Below, in pieces: positions 32,939 through 43,232 of a stretch of DNA of 64,000 bases. How positions within the stretch are numbered: the first letter of the stretch is position 1; every line of letters begins with the position of its first letter. Under the pieces are notes generated by a model, which saw only the letters and a list, made by a program, of their open reading frames with translations, was not told where the DNA came from and did no database searches. The stretch spans positions 1 through 64,000 of the forward strand of contig JAYODI010000017.1 in NCBI GenBank assembly GCA_038279365.1. Reading direction: 5' to 3'. Origin of the DNA: Candidatus Latescibacterota bacterium (lineage in GTDB: Bacteria; Latescibacterota; UBA2968). A program made the translations under genes and the position numbers.

Positions 32939-33865
32939 ATGTCCAATCAAACCGTCATCATCGCCACCGTACAAACTGGGCGCACCTCCCAAAACCTGGG
33001 CCTTGAAGCCAACTTTAACCTACTGGCCCACCAAGCACGCCAAGCCACAATAGCCCGCCCCGACCTCATCGCCTTTCCCGAATACACCATTTCAGGCTGG
33101 CCCTATCCACCAGAAGACATCATCAACAGCATTGCCGAACCCATTCCAGGAAACGGCACGTGGTACTCACGTTACCAAACACTCGCCCAAGAACTCAAAA
33201 CCCCTCTTCTCTGCTGGTTGGTCGAAACCGAAAACAACCAACTTTACAACACCGCCTTTATACTCAATGCATCGGGTGAATATGTGGGCAAATACCAAAA
33301 AGTGCACACCAACCTCGGCGAACAAACCTGGTGGGGGTGGTCACAAGGCCCATCTTTTGTCCCTATTGAGCTCAATGGGGTCAAATATGGCATCAGCATT
33401 TGTGCCGATATGTGGTTCCCCGAAACCGTGCGCTGCTGGGAACTCGTTGGTGCCGATATCGTCATTCACATTTCTATTGCCGACGATATGAGCCACCTGA
33501 TTCCCGCCCGCGCCTTCGATTCCGAATTGCCCATTGTGGCCGCCATCTACAACGGTGGATCTTATGCCGTTGATGCTCAAGGCAACCTCATCAGTAAGCT
33601 CTCAGCCCATCATCCTGGTTGGATGGCATTCCACCTTCAGCCCTTTTTGGAGCGTACCGCAAACAAATATGGTGGTCAGTGGGTTCCCAAAAAAGGCAAC
33701 CAAAATATGCGCAACATATCAGCCTATTCGCCCTTAGTCGATCCAACCACACGCCCGCCTTGGACAGATATATTTCGCGACAAAGACGGCAATCCACAAA
33801 CAAGAGACCAGCTCCAAATACGCTTTAAAGGGCGCTACGACGCCAACGACCCCACGCCCCAATAA
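32939..33865 (+). CDS. Carbon-nitrogen hydrolase (nitrilase superfamily)
   Basis: Triad FPE, YQKVH, ICADMWFPE. Confidence 0.88.
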   Translation: MSNQTVIIATVQTGRTSQNLGLEANFNLLAHQARQATIARPDLIAFPEYTISGWPYPPEDIINSIAEPIPGNGTWYSRYQTLAQELKTPLLCWLVETENNQLYNTAFILNASGEYVGKYQKVHTNLGEQTWWGWSQGPSFVPIELNGVKYGISICADMWFPETVRCWELVGADIVIHISIADDMSHLIPARAFDSELPIVAAIYNGGSYAVDAQGNLISKLSAHHPGWMAFHLQPFLERTANKYGGQWVPKKGNQNMRNISAYSPLVDPTTRPPWTDIFRDKDGNPQTRDQLQIRFKGRYDANDPTPQ

Positions 33866-33939
33866 CCCCCTTTTGCATTGCACAGACATATTTCGTACTC
33901 TATATTCCTTTAACATCAACACTTTAAGGATACCCATTT

Positions 33940-36222
33940 ATGAGTACACAATCCCACCACACCACCGACCGCGTTACATTTGCCCGCAACTTAGGATGCT
34001 TCGATGCCACCATGATCGGCATTGGTGCCATGATTGGAGCGGGCATTTTTGTGCTCACAGGCATTGCCGCTGGTGAAGCAGGCCCAGCCTCCATTCTGGC
34101 ATTTGCCCTCAATGGGTTTGTCACCCTCCTCACGGCCTTTTGTTATGCCGAGCTGTCCTCTGCCATTCCAGAAGCAGGTGGGGGGTATTCTTATGTCAAA
34201 AAAGCCTTTCCTGGCCACATCGGGTTTCTAGCAGGTTGGATGCTCTGGTTTGCCTACACGGTAGCCTGCTCGCTCTATGCCTTAGGGTTTGCCGGTTATT
34301 TTTGGGAGTTCTTCCACAAATATCTACCCGATATCAGCCACACCATCCAACACGCCATCGGTGTCAACCCGTCCATAGCCATCATCACCATCATCATTTG
34401 TGTCTTTTTTGTTTGGCTCAACATCCGTGGCACCGAAGGCGCTGGCAAAGCCGAAAACATCATCACACTGGCCAAAGTTGCCGTCTTGCTCGTCTTTATT
34501 GCCTATGGCATATCACACATCATTGACACACCCGAGCAATCCTTTAAAAACTTTCAGCCCTTTCTTCCCAAAGGTATGGGCGGTGTGCTCGTGGCTATGG
34601 GGCTTACCTTCATCGCCTTTGAAGGGTATGACCTCATCGCCACCGTTGCCGAAGAAATCAAAGACCCCGAAAAAAACATTCCCAAAGCCACCTTCATCTC
34701 TCTTGGCGTCACCATTGTCATTTATTTGCTCATCCTCTTTGTTTGTTTGGGTGCCGTACAACCCGAAGTAGGGTCGTCTTGGGAATTTCTCGGAGCCTAT
34801 CAAGAAACCGCCATTGTCAAAGCCGCCGACAGCTTCATGCCAGCCTTTGGCGTGGCCACCATCGTCTTTGGTGGGTTATTATCCACCATGTCGGCCCTCA
34901 ACGCCACCGTAATCGCTTCAAGCCGTGTGGCCTTTTCTATGGGCCGAGACCGCTGGTTGCCCAGCATGGTAGGCATCATTCACCCCACAAAACGCACCCC
35001 TCACATCGCCATTTTGGCCACGGGGGGCATTTTGTTGGCCATTGCATTAATTTTGCCCATCCAAGTGGTCGGTTCTGCCGCAAGCCTTATGTTTTTGCTC
35101 ACCTTCACCTTGGTCAATCTCTCACTTATCGTATTGCGCCGCCGTGAACCCGGCATTGTACGCCGATACAAAATTCCACTCTTTCCGTGGTTACCCCTTA
35201 CCGCAGCAGCCTCCAATCTCTTTCTCGCAGTTTATCAATTTCAATTTGACCCATTGGCTTGGTATGTGGCCATTGCGTGGATCATACTGGGTTTGTTGGC
35301 CTATGCCCTTCATTTTCGAACAGCCGCAGGAGAAGATCAACCCCGCGTACTCGAAGCTTTGCCCCTTGATATTTCGCAAACGGCCTACCGAGTGCTCGTC
35401 CCCTTAGCCAATCCCAGCAATGTCAAATCACTACTCGATATTGCCACCCCCATTGTACGCGCCAGAAATGGCGAAATTCTCGCCAGCACCGTCATACAAG
35501 TGCCCATTCAATTGCCCATCCACCAAGGCATGACCTATATCGATCAACGCATGCCTCTGCTCAATGCCGCAAGAGACTATGGGCAAACCAACGATATTCC
35601 CATCACCTCAGACATTCGCGTGGCCCACCAAATTGAAGAAGGCATTCTCTCTGCCGCCAATGACGAACCCGTAGACCTCACCCTGATGGGTTGGAAAGGA
35701 TACACCACCACAGGCGAACGCGTCTTTGGCGAAATTATTGACCAAGTGGTACACCGTGTGCGTGGAGACATTGCCGTGGTGCGCCTACGCGGAGAGCCCC
35801 CATTCAAACGCATTCTTTTTCCCACAGCAGGTGGCCCCAACACAGAGTTTGCCGCCGAGCTCATTGCTCCCCTCGTTAAAGCATGGGGCGCACAAGTCAC
35901 CGCGTGCAACATCATTCCCGAAGAGGCCAATGCCCAGCAAGAACGCGACGCCAAAGGCTGGATTCAACGCACCTTGCGCAATGTAGACCTTGGCGATGTT
36001 GAACACCGCATTGTGCGATCCAACATCATCGCAGACGGCATCATCAGCGCAGCAGATGGACACGATCTCGTCGTACTGGGTGCCGCAGTCACAGGCTTGT
36101 TCCAACAACTCGTGTTTGGCGAAATCCCCGACCGCATTGGTCGATATGCACCCATCTCCGTCATGCTCGTTAAACGCCGCGAAGGTCCCGCCAAAGCGTG
36201 GTTACGCCGCCAAATCAGCTAA
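33940..36222 (+). CDS. APC amino-acid permease fused to two universal-stress-protein domains
   Basis: GAMIGAGIF, AELSSAIPEAGG, FIAFEGY; RVLVPLANP and RILFPTAGGPN. Confidence 0.9.
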   Translation: MSTQSHHTTDRVTFARNLGCFDATMIGIGAMIGAGIFVLTGIAAGEAGPASILAFALNGFVTLLTAFCYAELSSAIPEAGGGYSYVKKAFPGHIGFLAGWMLWFAYTVACSLYALGFAGYFWEFFHKYLPDISHTIQHAIGVNPSIAIITIIICVFFVWLNIRGTEGAGKAENIITLAKVAVLLVFIAYGISHIIDTPEQSFKNFQPFLPKGMGGVLVAMGLTFIAFEGYDLIATVAEEIKDPEKNIPKATFISLGVTIVIYLLILFVCLGAVQPEVGSSWEFLGAYQETAIVKAADSFMPAFGVATIVFGGLLSTMSALNATVIASSRVAFSMGRDRWLPSMVGIIHPTKRTPHIAILATGGILLAIALILPIQVVGSAASLMFLLTFTLVNLSLIVLRRREPGIVRRYKIPLFPWLPLTAAASNLFLAVYQFQFDPLAWYVAIAWIILGLLAYALHFRTAAGEDQPRVLEALPLDISQTAYRVLVPLANPSNVKSLLDIATPIVRARNGEILASTVIQVPIQLPIHQGMTYIDQRMPLLNAARDYGQTNDIPITSDIRVAHQIEEGILSAANDEPVDLTLMGWKGYTTTGERVFGEIIDQVVHRVRGDIAVVRLRGEPPFKRILFPTAGGPNTEFAAELIAPLVKAWGAQVTACNIIPEEANAQQERDAKGWIQRTLRNVDLGDVEHRIVRSNIIADGIISAADGHDLVVLGAAVTGLFQQLVFGEIPDRIGRYAPISVMLVKRREGPAKAWLRRQIS

Positions 36223-36247
36223 TCATCCATATCGAAACAATCCAGAC

Positions 36248-36290
36248 AATAAAAAAGCGTGTGAGCAAATGACTCACACGCTTTTTTATT
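36248..36290 (+). terminator. Intrinsic terminator
   Basis: aataaaaaagcgtgtgag..ctcacacgcttttttatt. Confidence 0.8.
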
Positions 36291-36441
36291 AAACCATCAA
36301 GATCAAAATTGTCATGACCCATTCTGTCTTGATGAATATCACTGGATTTTGTCATAAAACCCCTTATTTTGATCGTCAGTAAAATCCACAATGAATATCT
36401 ATATGACTTTCATAAACAAAAGGCCGTCAAAAGGATTCACC

Positions 36442-37281
36442 ATGCAATTTACACCCGAGCAACTTAAAAAATACAATGAACAAGGCTACGTCATTATCGA
36501 CTGCCCATTTCCTCAAACCCTAACAGACAAATGCCTTGAAGCCGTTGAAAAAGTAGCCGAAGAACCCAAGCCCGAAGACGATGACAAAATGAACCATCAT
36601 CGCCTACGCCCCCAAATGCCCAACTCGTATTGGAGCAAACTTGATCATTCACTCCCTTTCCTCCAAATAGAACTGCATGCCGAAATCGTCGAACTGATTC
36701 GCCAACTTGAAAACGACTCAGACGTCTATTATCGCAACGGTGGCATTAATGAACTCGCCCCAAACCGTTCGTTCCTTTGGCATCGCGATTCAGAATGGGA
36801 TTATGTCGAATTCATGCACTACTTTTCTGGGTCCACAAGAGAAAACGGCTGTCTCCGCGTCGTACCCGGCAGTCACATAGGCCCCGTAGACCCCTTTACC
36901 AAACAAGTCGAAGACCTGCGCAAACAACACGGCCATCACAATCCCAAAACAGGCCAATCCATCCCCGATGTCGAATTACCCAATGAAGTCTCACTCGAAC
37001 TCTCCCCCCACCAACTACTCGTGCGCAGTTCCCGCATCTACCACGCCACCTGGGTCAACCAAACCGAGCAAAGCCGCCTCATGCATCACTGGCTCTTTCG
37101 CCCTGCCAAAGAAGCCAATCACCGCTTTCACTTTGAACAATGCCTCACCCCCGAACTCATAGCCCAACTCACACCCGAGCAAAAAGAAGTGCTCTGGCTC
37201 AACCGCACATTCGACATTGATCCCAAATATGCCAAAGAACAAGAACGCGAAAATGGCAAAGTTTTTTGGTCTGTGGTATGA
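36442..37281 (+). CDS. PhyH-family Fe(II)/2OG dioxygenase
   Basis: YNEQGYV, WHRD, NGCLRVVPGSH, IYHA; AAGGA RBS. Confidence 0.87.
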   Translation: MQFTPEQLKKYNEQGYVIIDCPFPQTLTDKCLEAVEKVAEEPKPEDDDKMNHHRLRPQMPNSYWSKLDHSLPFLQIELHAEIVELIRQLENDSDVYYRNGGINELAPNRSFLWHRDSEWDYVEFMHYFSGSTRENGCLRVVPGSHIGPVDPFTKQVEDLRKQHGHHNPKTGQSIPDVELPNEVSLELSPHQLLVRSSRIYHATWVNQTEQSRLMHHWLFRPAKEANHRFHFEQCLTPELIAQLTPEQKEVLWLNRTFDIDPKYAKEQERENGKVFWSVV

Positions 37282-38840
37282 ACAACACAAACGGCAAATG
37301 GCAAATGGAAAACGTGAAGTCATCACCGTCTTGGGGTAGTTGGGTTGGGCCTTTTGCCGTTTCACATTTGCCATTTGCCTGTCTAACCCTCTGCGTTCAC
37401 CTCTGCGTGCTTTTATCCCTCTCCCACGCCACCCCCATCATTCGCAACATCACCATCGAAGGCAACACGCGCACACGCACCGAAATTATTCAGCGAGAGC
37501 TCATTTTCCAATCGGGGCAACCTCTCGACACCCTCAAAACAGCCGAAACAGAACGCAACTTACGACGCTTGTATTTCCTTGGCAATGTCGCCCTTCACAT
37601 CCAACAAGACAGCCTTTTTGCAGACATCACCATTCGCGTCAAAGACCTCTATGCACGCGCACTCTCACCGCTCTTAGAAGGCAACAAAAACGAACTCAGT
37701 TACGGCATCACCGCATTAGACTTCAACTTTTTAGGGCGTGGGCAAATTACCCAACTCACCGCATTTCACGATGCCGTTACAGGCAACAGTGCACGGTTTT
37801 ACTATCACAATCCACGCCTAAACGGCTCACATTACGCCATCACATCCAACACAGGCATAGCCGACGAAGGCCATCATCTGATCCTCTCGCTCACCCATCC
37901 ATTTTACACCCTCGATACCCCTTGGAACTATGGGTTCAGCATCTATAACCAAGAGCAAATCCAACGTCGCTATCGTGGCGGAATCTTGGCAGACAAATAC
38001 AACGACCGCATCTCAGGTGGCAATCTCTGGGTCATTCGCTCCTATGGCAAAACCATCAAAGCCCGACCCGGTTTGCAACTGAGCATCTCAGACCAAAAAT
38101 TCACGCCCGAAACAAGCTACACCTACAGCCCCAAAAACCGCCGTCGCATCTTACCCGCATTCACATTTACCTTGTGGAAACCCCACTACGAAAAACAGGT
38201 CTTCGTACGACAATTGGGTCGCACCGAAGACCTGCAAATGGGCAGCAGCATCTATACACGGTTAGGCATCTCAAGTAAAATGCTTGGCTCCGATCAAAAC
38301 CATCTTTTCTATACCCTGCAAGTTTCCCCCCGTTACAAACCCACAGAAAACACATTTCTTTTTGCTCACTTTTCACTCAGCGGGCGATATCAAAACAGCA
38401 CCTACACCAATCTCTTTTCGCAAGCCGAACTCACATTTTACACACGCATCAACAACATACATACGCTCGCCTTTCGCGCCCGCTATAACACCCTATCACG
38501 CCCAGAAGACAATGACCAGCTCCTCCTCGGTCTCAACCGTGGCCTACGCGGTTACCTCCCACGGCGTTTTGATGGCACACGCCGCTACACACTGAACATC
38601 GAAGCCCGCCCCACACTCTATCAACACCGCACATTCATTGTTGGCTCTGCGTTCTTCGTCGATACCGGAGATGCCTGGACACCCCACCAAACATCCCCCA
38701 CATTCAACACCGCCGCAGGTTTGGGCCTTCGTTTTGCCGCCAGCAATGTCTACGACCAACCCATTCTCCGCACCGACCTTGCCTATGCCATCCAAGATCG
38801 TGCTTGGCAAATCTCTCTCGGTCTTGGACATTATTTCTAA
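37278..38840 (+). CDS. POTRA + Omp85 (BamA/TamA-like) outer-membrane protein
   Basis: ITIEGNTRTR..IIQREL, NFLGRG, GLRGY, FFVDTG, C-terminal Phe; ATGA overlap with upstream gene. Confidence 0.82.
   Translation: MNNTNGKWQMENVKSSPSWGSWVGPFAVSHLPFACLTLCVHLCVLLSLSHATPIIRNITIEGNTRTRTEIIQRELIFQSGQPLDTLKTAETERNLRRLYFLGNVALHIQQDSLFADITIRVKDLYARALSPLLEGNKNELSYGITALDFNFLGRGQITQLTAFHDAVTGNSARFYYHNPRLNGSHYAITSNTGIADEGHHLILSLTHPFYTLDTPWNYGFSIYNQEQIQRRYRGGILADKYNDRISGGNLWVIRSYGKTIKARPGLQLSISDQKFTPETSYTYSPKNRRRILPAFTFTLWKPHYEKQVFVRQLGRTEDLQMGSSIYTRLGISSKMLGSDQNHLFYTLQVSPRYKPTENTFLFAHFSLSGRYQNSTYTNLFSQAELTFYTRINNIHTLAFRARYNTLSRPEDNDQLLLGLNRGLRGYLPRRFDGTRRYTLNIEARPTLYQHRTFIVGSAFFVDTGDAWTPHQTSPTFNTAAGLGLRFAASNVYDQPILRTDLAYAIQDRAWQISLGLGHYF
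37288..37382. repeat. Family B heptamer palindrome, inverted copy inside the 5' end of the Omp85-like ORF
   Basis: Arms match the reverse complement of 29208..29297. Confidence 0.8.
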
Positions 38841-38914
38841 ACCCATTTATATCTGGTCAATACAGCATTAGTTTGTCATATTTCAAAATAAAAACATCCA
38901 TCTGGAGATCCTCT

Positions 38915-39856
38915 TTGAACGAATCGCTACACTACCTGATCGAGTATGGTTACATCATTCTCTTCATCGGCGTTCTTGTCGATCAAATCGGCATTCCACT
39001 TCCCGTCTTGCCACTCCTTCTCACAGCCGGTGCCCTATCGGGAACAGGTCAACTCGACCTTTTATCCATCATTCTGCTATCCGCCAGTGGTTCTTTTTTG
39101 AGCAACATCTTCTGGTATGAAATGGGGCGATGGAAAGGAAAGGCCATTCTCGGTTTGATCTGTAAAATTTCATTTGAACCCGATTCTTGTGTCCGTCGTA
39201 CAGAAGACACGTTTTTACGACATGGCAAAGGCTCTTTGCTTCTTGCCAAATTTGTCCCCGGCCTCAATGCCGTCGCAGCACCCGTGGCGGGTGTTTTCAA
39301 AATGTCTCGTGTTGTCTTTTTGTTTCTCAATGGCCTAAGCGCCATACTATGGGCAAGCAGCTTCATAGGTCTGGGTTATTTCTTTCACAGCCAATTGGAA
39401 GAACTGCTCGAAATTGCACTCAACCTCAGTGGCAGTCTGGCCACCGTTGTGATTGCCCTGCTCATCATATATGCCGCTTATAAATACGTCCGTCGCTACT
39501 TCATGATCCGCACCCTGCGTGTCTCTCGCATCACCCCAGAAGAGCTCAAACAAAAGCTCGATGAACAAACAGACGTAACCATTATTGATTTACGACACGC
39601 CTTAGACCTTAAAAACACATCCAAAACATTGCACAATGCCCTGCATATAGCACCTCATGAACTAAACACCCGATATCACGAAATTCCCAAAGATCGTGAA
39701 ATTATCCTGTTTTGCACATGACCAAACGAAGCAACCAGTGCCCGTGTGGCACTCAAACTCAAACGCTACGGCATCACAAAAGTACGTCCACTTGCAGGTG
39801 GTCTCAATGCCTGGATAGAAAAAGGATTTCCTGTAGACATCCTCAAACCGTCTTAA
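38915..39856 (+). CDS. DedA/VTT-rhodanese fusion, probable selenoprotein (UGA 39719-39721)
   Basis: DedA motifs GIPLP, AKFVPG; readthrough gives ILFCT-U-PNEATSARVALKLKRYGITKVRPLAGGLNAWIEKGFPV to TAA 39856; GGAG before TTG 38915. Confidence 0.85.
39737..39753 (+). promoter_or_regulatory. Candidate bacterial SECIS hairpin
   Basis: AGTGCC-CGTGT-GGCACT; loop begins 21 nt after UGA, G at second loop position. Confidence 0.6.
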
Positions 39857-39880
39857 TTCATTTTTACAAATGAGATCACC

Positions 39881-40798
39881 ATGTCCATACCCATCCAAAT
39901 TCCCGAAAAATTATCTCGCAATCAAAAATGGGCCGATTGGCTCGCTGAATTGCCAGACATCCTCGCCTCATGTGCAAAAAAATGGCATCTCAATATCGAA
40001 GCACCCATGACCGAAGACTATGCCGAAATGGGCTACGGATATATCACACCCGCCACACAACAAAACGGCACCGAGGTCGTACTCAAAATCATCCCCCCAA
40101 ACCTAATCGCAGAATTGAGAGAACGACAGGCACTGCAACTATGCGATGGCAAAAGCACCATCAAACTCCTCGGTTACGATGACAAATTAGGCACCATCAT
40201 GATCGAACGTGCGCGTCCAGGCATTCCCTTATCCGTCAACACAGACGACGAAGAAAACACGCGCATCGCCTGTCATCAGATGAAAAAATTTTGGCGACTC
40301 CTTCCTACAAAACACAACTTTATATCAACCGATTACGAAATCGAAGGCTTTGAAAAATTGCGCAAAAAAAACAACGGCACCACGGGCAAATTTCCCGAAA
40401 AATGGGCCACGCGTGCAGAAACACTTTATGCAGAACTCATGGCCACAAGCACACAAACCGTTCTTCTTCATGCCGACTTGCATCACTACAACATCTTAAG
40501 TGCCACACGCGAACCGTGGCTCACCATTGATCCCAAAGGCTATTATGGTGACCCGGGTTACGAAGTCGGTGCCTATTTGGCCAACTATCCCGAAGAATCA
40601 TGTAATGGACAAGACCGAAATGAAATCGACGTGCGCCGCATCCACATCATGATCAAAGAACTCGACCTGCCATCTGATCGCGTGATCAAGTTTGGCGTCG
40701 TATTGGCCTGTATCTGGGCAAGGTGGAACATAGATGACCCAGAGGAAGGTTGGCGTGAATCTATCAGACGTGCCGAAGTTTTGGATGGTTTAATTTAG
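39881..40798 (+). CDS. Aminoglycoside/hydroxyurea phosphotransferase family (APH(6)-like) kinase
   Basis: VVLKI, LLHADLHHYNIL, WLTIDPKG..GDPGYE. Confidence 0.85.
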   Translation: MSIPIQIPEKLSRNQKWADWLAELPDILASCAKKWHLNIEAPMTEDYAEMGYGYITPATQQNGTEVVLKIIPPNLIAELRERQALQLCDGKSTIKLLGYDDKLGTIMIERARPGIPLSVNTDDEENTRIACHQMKKFWRLLPTKHNFISTDYEIEGFEKLRKKNNGTTGKFPEKWATRAETLYAELMATSTQTVLLHADLHHYNILSATREPWLTIDPKGYYGDPGYEVGAYLANYPEESCNGQDRNEIDVRRIHIMIKELDLPSDRVIKFGVVLACIWARWNIDDPEEGWRESIRRAEVLDGLI

Positions 40799-40817
40799 AG
40801 AAGAATTCATATATGTT

Positions 40818-41642
40818 TTACCCATAAGCCCCTTTTTTATGTCGTCCCAAAAACCTTTGCAGCCGCTCATCAGCACCCTGCCACACATCGTCGGGCATTC
40901 GATAGTCAATAAATGGATACAACCGCTGAGCAATAACCCGCTGGCTATAGACCACCGAGCCCACATAACGAACCTGATCTGATATATTCTTACGCCCTCG
41001 ATGCCATACCTGATTGTGAAACATCACCATATCACCTGGTTCGCCCAACAATGACACGGGGCCTTGTCCATCAAATTCGGGTACCCCTTGTGGATCAGCA
41101 GGACGTCGGCCCGAATAATGACTGCCTGGCACCACCTCTGTAACACCATACTTCACATCATCAACACGGCTCAAAGGAAACAGTGCATTCAACACAAAAC
41201 ATGGCAACCTCAATCGCGCATCGTGCCGAGGAATGTCATCTGGCAATGGAAAATGAACCCGATCATCCACATGCCAACCTCCTCCTTGACCGGGTTCATA
41301 ACGCAATGCATTTTGCGACATCATATGACAATCATCACCCAAAATTGCTTCAGCCAAACTCGCCACAGGTTCTCGTGTGATCAAATCGCGAAAGTTGATA
41401 TCATACTCATACATCCGCATCATACTTATGCCACGAATATGATCACCAGATTCCTCGTGCATTTTAGGATCTTGAAATTTGCGTTCCATCAATTCACGAA
41501 GCACGTCTACTTCTTTCGCCGTCAAAATACCCTTCAAAAACAAATACCCATCGCGATGAAACTGCGCCACAAGTTCTCGTGTTTTGTCTGCATCAAATGG
41601 CGCCACATCTTTTTTTATGACACGCTCAACTGTTGTATACAT
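40818..41642 (-). CDS. PhyH-family dioxygenase (HxD)
   Basis: FHRDGYL, GWHVD, VVPGSH, VWHRG. Confidence 0.88.
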   Translation of the reverse strand: MYTTVERVIKKDVAPFDADKTRELVAQFHRDGYLFLKGILTAKEVDVLRELMERKFQDPKMHEESGDHIRGISMMRMYEYDINFRDLITREPVASLAEAILGDDCHMMSQNALRYEPGQGGGWHVDDRVHFPLPDDIPRHDARLRLPCFVLNALFPLSRVDDVKYGVTEVVPGSHYSGRRPADPQGVPEFDGQGPVSLLGEPGDMVMFHNQVWHRGRKNISDQVRYVGSVVYSQRVIAQRLYPFIDYRMPDDVWQGADERLQRFLGRHKKGAYG

Positions 41643-41645
41643 ATC

Positions 41646-42467
41646 TCATCCCTTATTGGGCCATGCCCGAAATAAGCCGCGTTGATCATCCGTATATCTT
41701 GCAAACGTTTCTTCAGTTACAAACGGAGGTTCATCCATTGTTGCAATATTTTGCGACATCATCCAATACGGCCCATATCCCACATGAATCGTTTTACGCA
41801 CCTGATCCGAGCGATTGGTCAATCCGCCATGTCTTAAATGCTCTGTAAAAAAGATCGCATCACCCGCCTTCACTTCCAACCCAATCATGCCAGGCTCCAC
41901 ATCGGGGTCATTGTCATATGGGCACTTCAAATTGCCCTTATGCGTCCCAGGCACCACACAAAACGCACCCTGCTCATTGGTCACATCGTGAATAAAATAA
42001 ACCATCCGCACCATCAAACAATTGATACCACCCTCAAATGAATATCGATACTTACTGTTATCGGGCCGGTTGCCACCATGACTGCGTGAGGCATTGCCTC
42101 TGTATCGAATGCGAATCTCCGAATTGTTAATCGTTGGACGACTGCGTACCACCGCCTTCACATAAGCCATCGTTTTTTCATGATTCACCAACACATCAAA
42201 TGTCGAATCCGCATTCCAAAAATCTTCAACAATCAATGTCTTGCCTTCTTCATTTGAACCCTGAACATGATACCCCTTCTCTTCATTGACATGATATTCA
42301 GGCCCCCAAGCACTCACCAATCGAGGCGGTTTGTTCACATTGTCCAAAGCATGAGCCTCCAACGCATCCACAGCCCGTCGCAAAGCATCAACCTCATGAC
42401 CGGTCAACATATTCTCAATCACAATATACCCTTGCCGATCAAACTCATACTGTTCAACTTCGTTCAT
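41646..42467 (-). CDS. PhyH-family dioxygenase (HxG variant)
   Basis: FDRQGYI, RSHGG, VVPGTHK, EHLRHGG. Confidence 0.85.
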   Translation of the reverse strand: MNEVEQYEFDRQGYIVIENMLTGHEVDALRRAVDALEAHALDNVNKPPRLVSAWGPEYHVNEEKGYHVQGSNEEGKTLIVEDFWNADSTFDVLVNHEKTMAYVKAVVRSRPTINNSEIRIRYRGNASRSHGGNRPDNSKYRYSFEGGINCLMVRMVYFIHDVTNEQGAFCVVPGTHKGNLKCPYDNDPDVEPGMIGLEVKAGDAIFFTEHLRHGGLTNRSDQVRKTIHVGYGPYWMMSQNIATMDEPPFVTEETFARYTDDQRGLFRAWPNKG

Positions 42468-42478
42468 AAAAACTCCAT

Positions 42479-43222
42479 TTATTTTAATCGTAAAATTTCA
42501 CGCTGATCATCAGAAAGCGGTTCCATCACCCGATCACTAAAATGCAAACCTTGGCCTCCCCAATCGGGCATATAGCCCGTGCTGTAACAATAATACAACG
42601 TTCGCCTTCGCCGCCCAGATACATTCACCATAGAACCATGTGTCAACGCTTCTGTAAAAATAATCGCATCACCCGCTTTTGCAGACACTGGCACCAAAGC
42701 CGGATTTTCATCGGGGTGATTGCCCCACGGTTTCGGAAAATTACTCTTGTGCGCTCCCGGAATCACAGCAAAACAACCATCTTCAGCATCACAATCCAAC
42801 AATGGAAAAACCGCCTTTGTCAAGGTAGACATCATCTGCCCATTCTCACACCGGTATTGGCACTTGGGAATCATGGGCGTACCGTGCATATGCAGCCCCG
42901 TATACCCACCACCCCACCTATAAATGGTGTACGTATGATTTAACCGATACGGCCCACCCGTCACCGTCTTTACCACATCCAACACCTCAGGCAAATCAAT
43001 CAACGGAATAAAAGCCGAATCACCCTCTAAAATATTCGAAATATACAACTCTTTCTCTGTCTTCGGTTTGCCCAAGCACAACGGTTCAGGAAATGCGTTG
43101 GGGTCCATTTCTTCAAACCGATCCAACGCCTTATGGCATGCATCCATCACCTCATTGGGCACCACATTTTCCAACACAATATACCCCTGCAAATCGAACA
43201 CATACTTTTGCTCATCCGTCAT
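42479..43222 (-). CDS. PhyH-family dioxygenase (no acidic ligand evident)
   Basis: FDLQGYI, LHMHGTP, VIPGAHK, EALTHGS; GAGGA before ATG 43222. Confidence 0.85.
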   Translation of the reverse strand: MTDEQKYVFDLQGYIVLENVVPNEVMDACHKALDRFEEMDPNAFPEPLCLGKPKTEKELYISNILEGDSAFIPLIDLPEVLDVVKTVTGGPYRLNHTYTIYRWGGGYTGLHMHGTPMIPKCQYRCENGQMMSTLTKAVFPLLDCDAEDGCFAVIPGAHKSNFPKPWGNHPDENPALVPVSAKAGDAIIFTEALTHGSMVNVSGRRRRTLYYCYSTGYMPDWGGQGLHFSDRVMEPLSDDQREILRLK

Positions 43223-43232
43223 AAATGATTCC

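Noticed and set aside
39881-40798. Acquired streptomycin resistance gene (strB)
   Set aside because: Family-level motifs only and no mobile context; substrate cannot be assigned.
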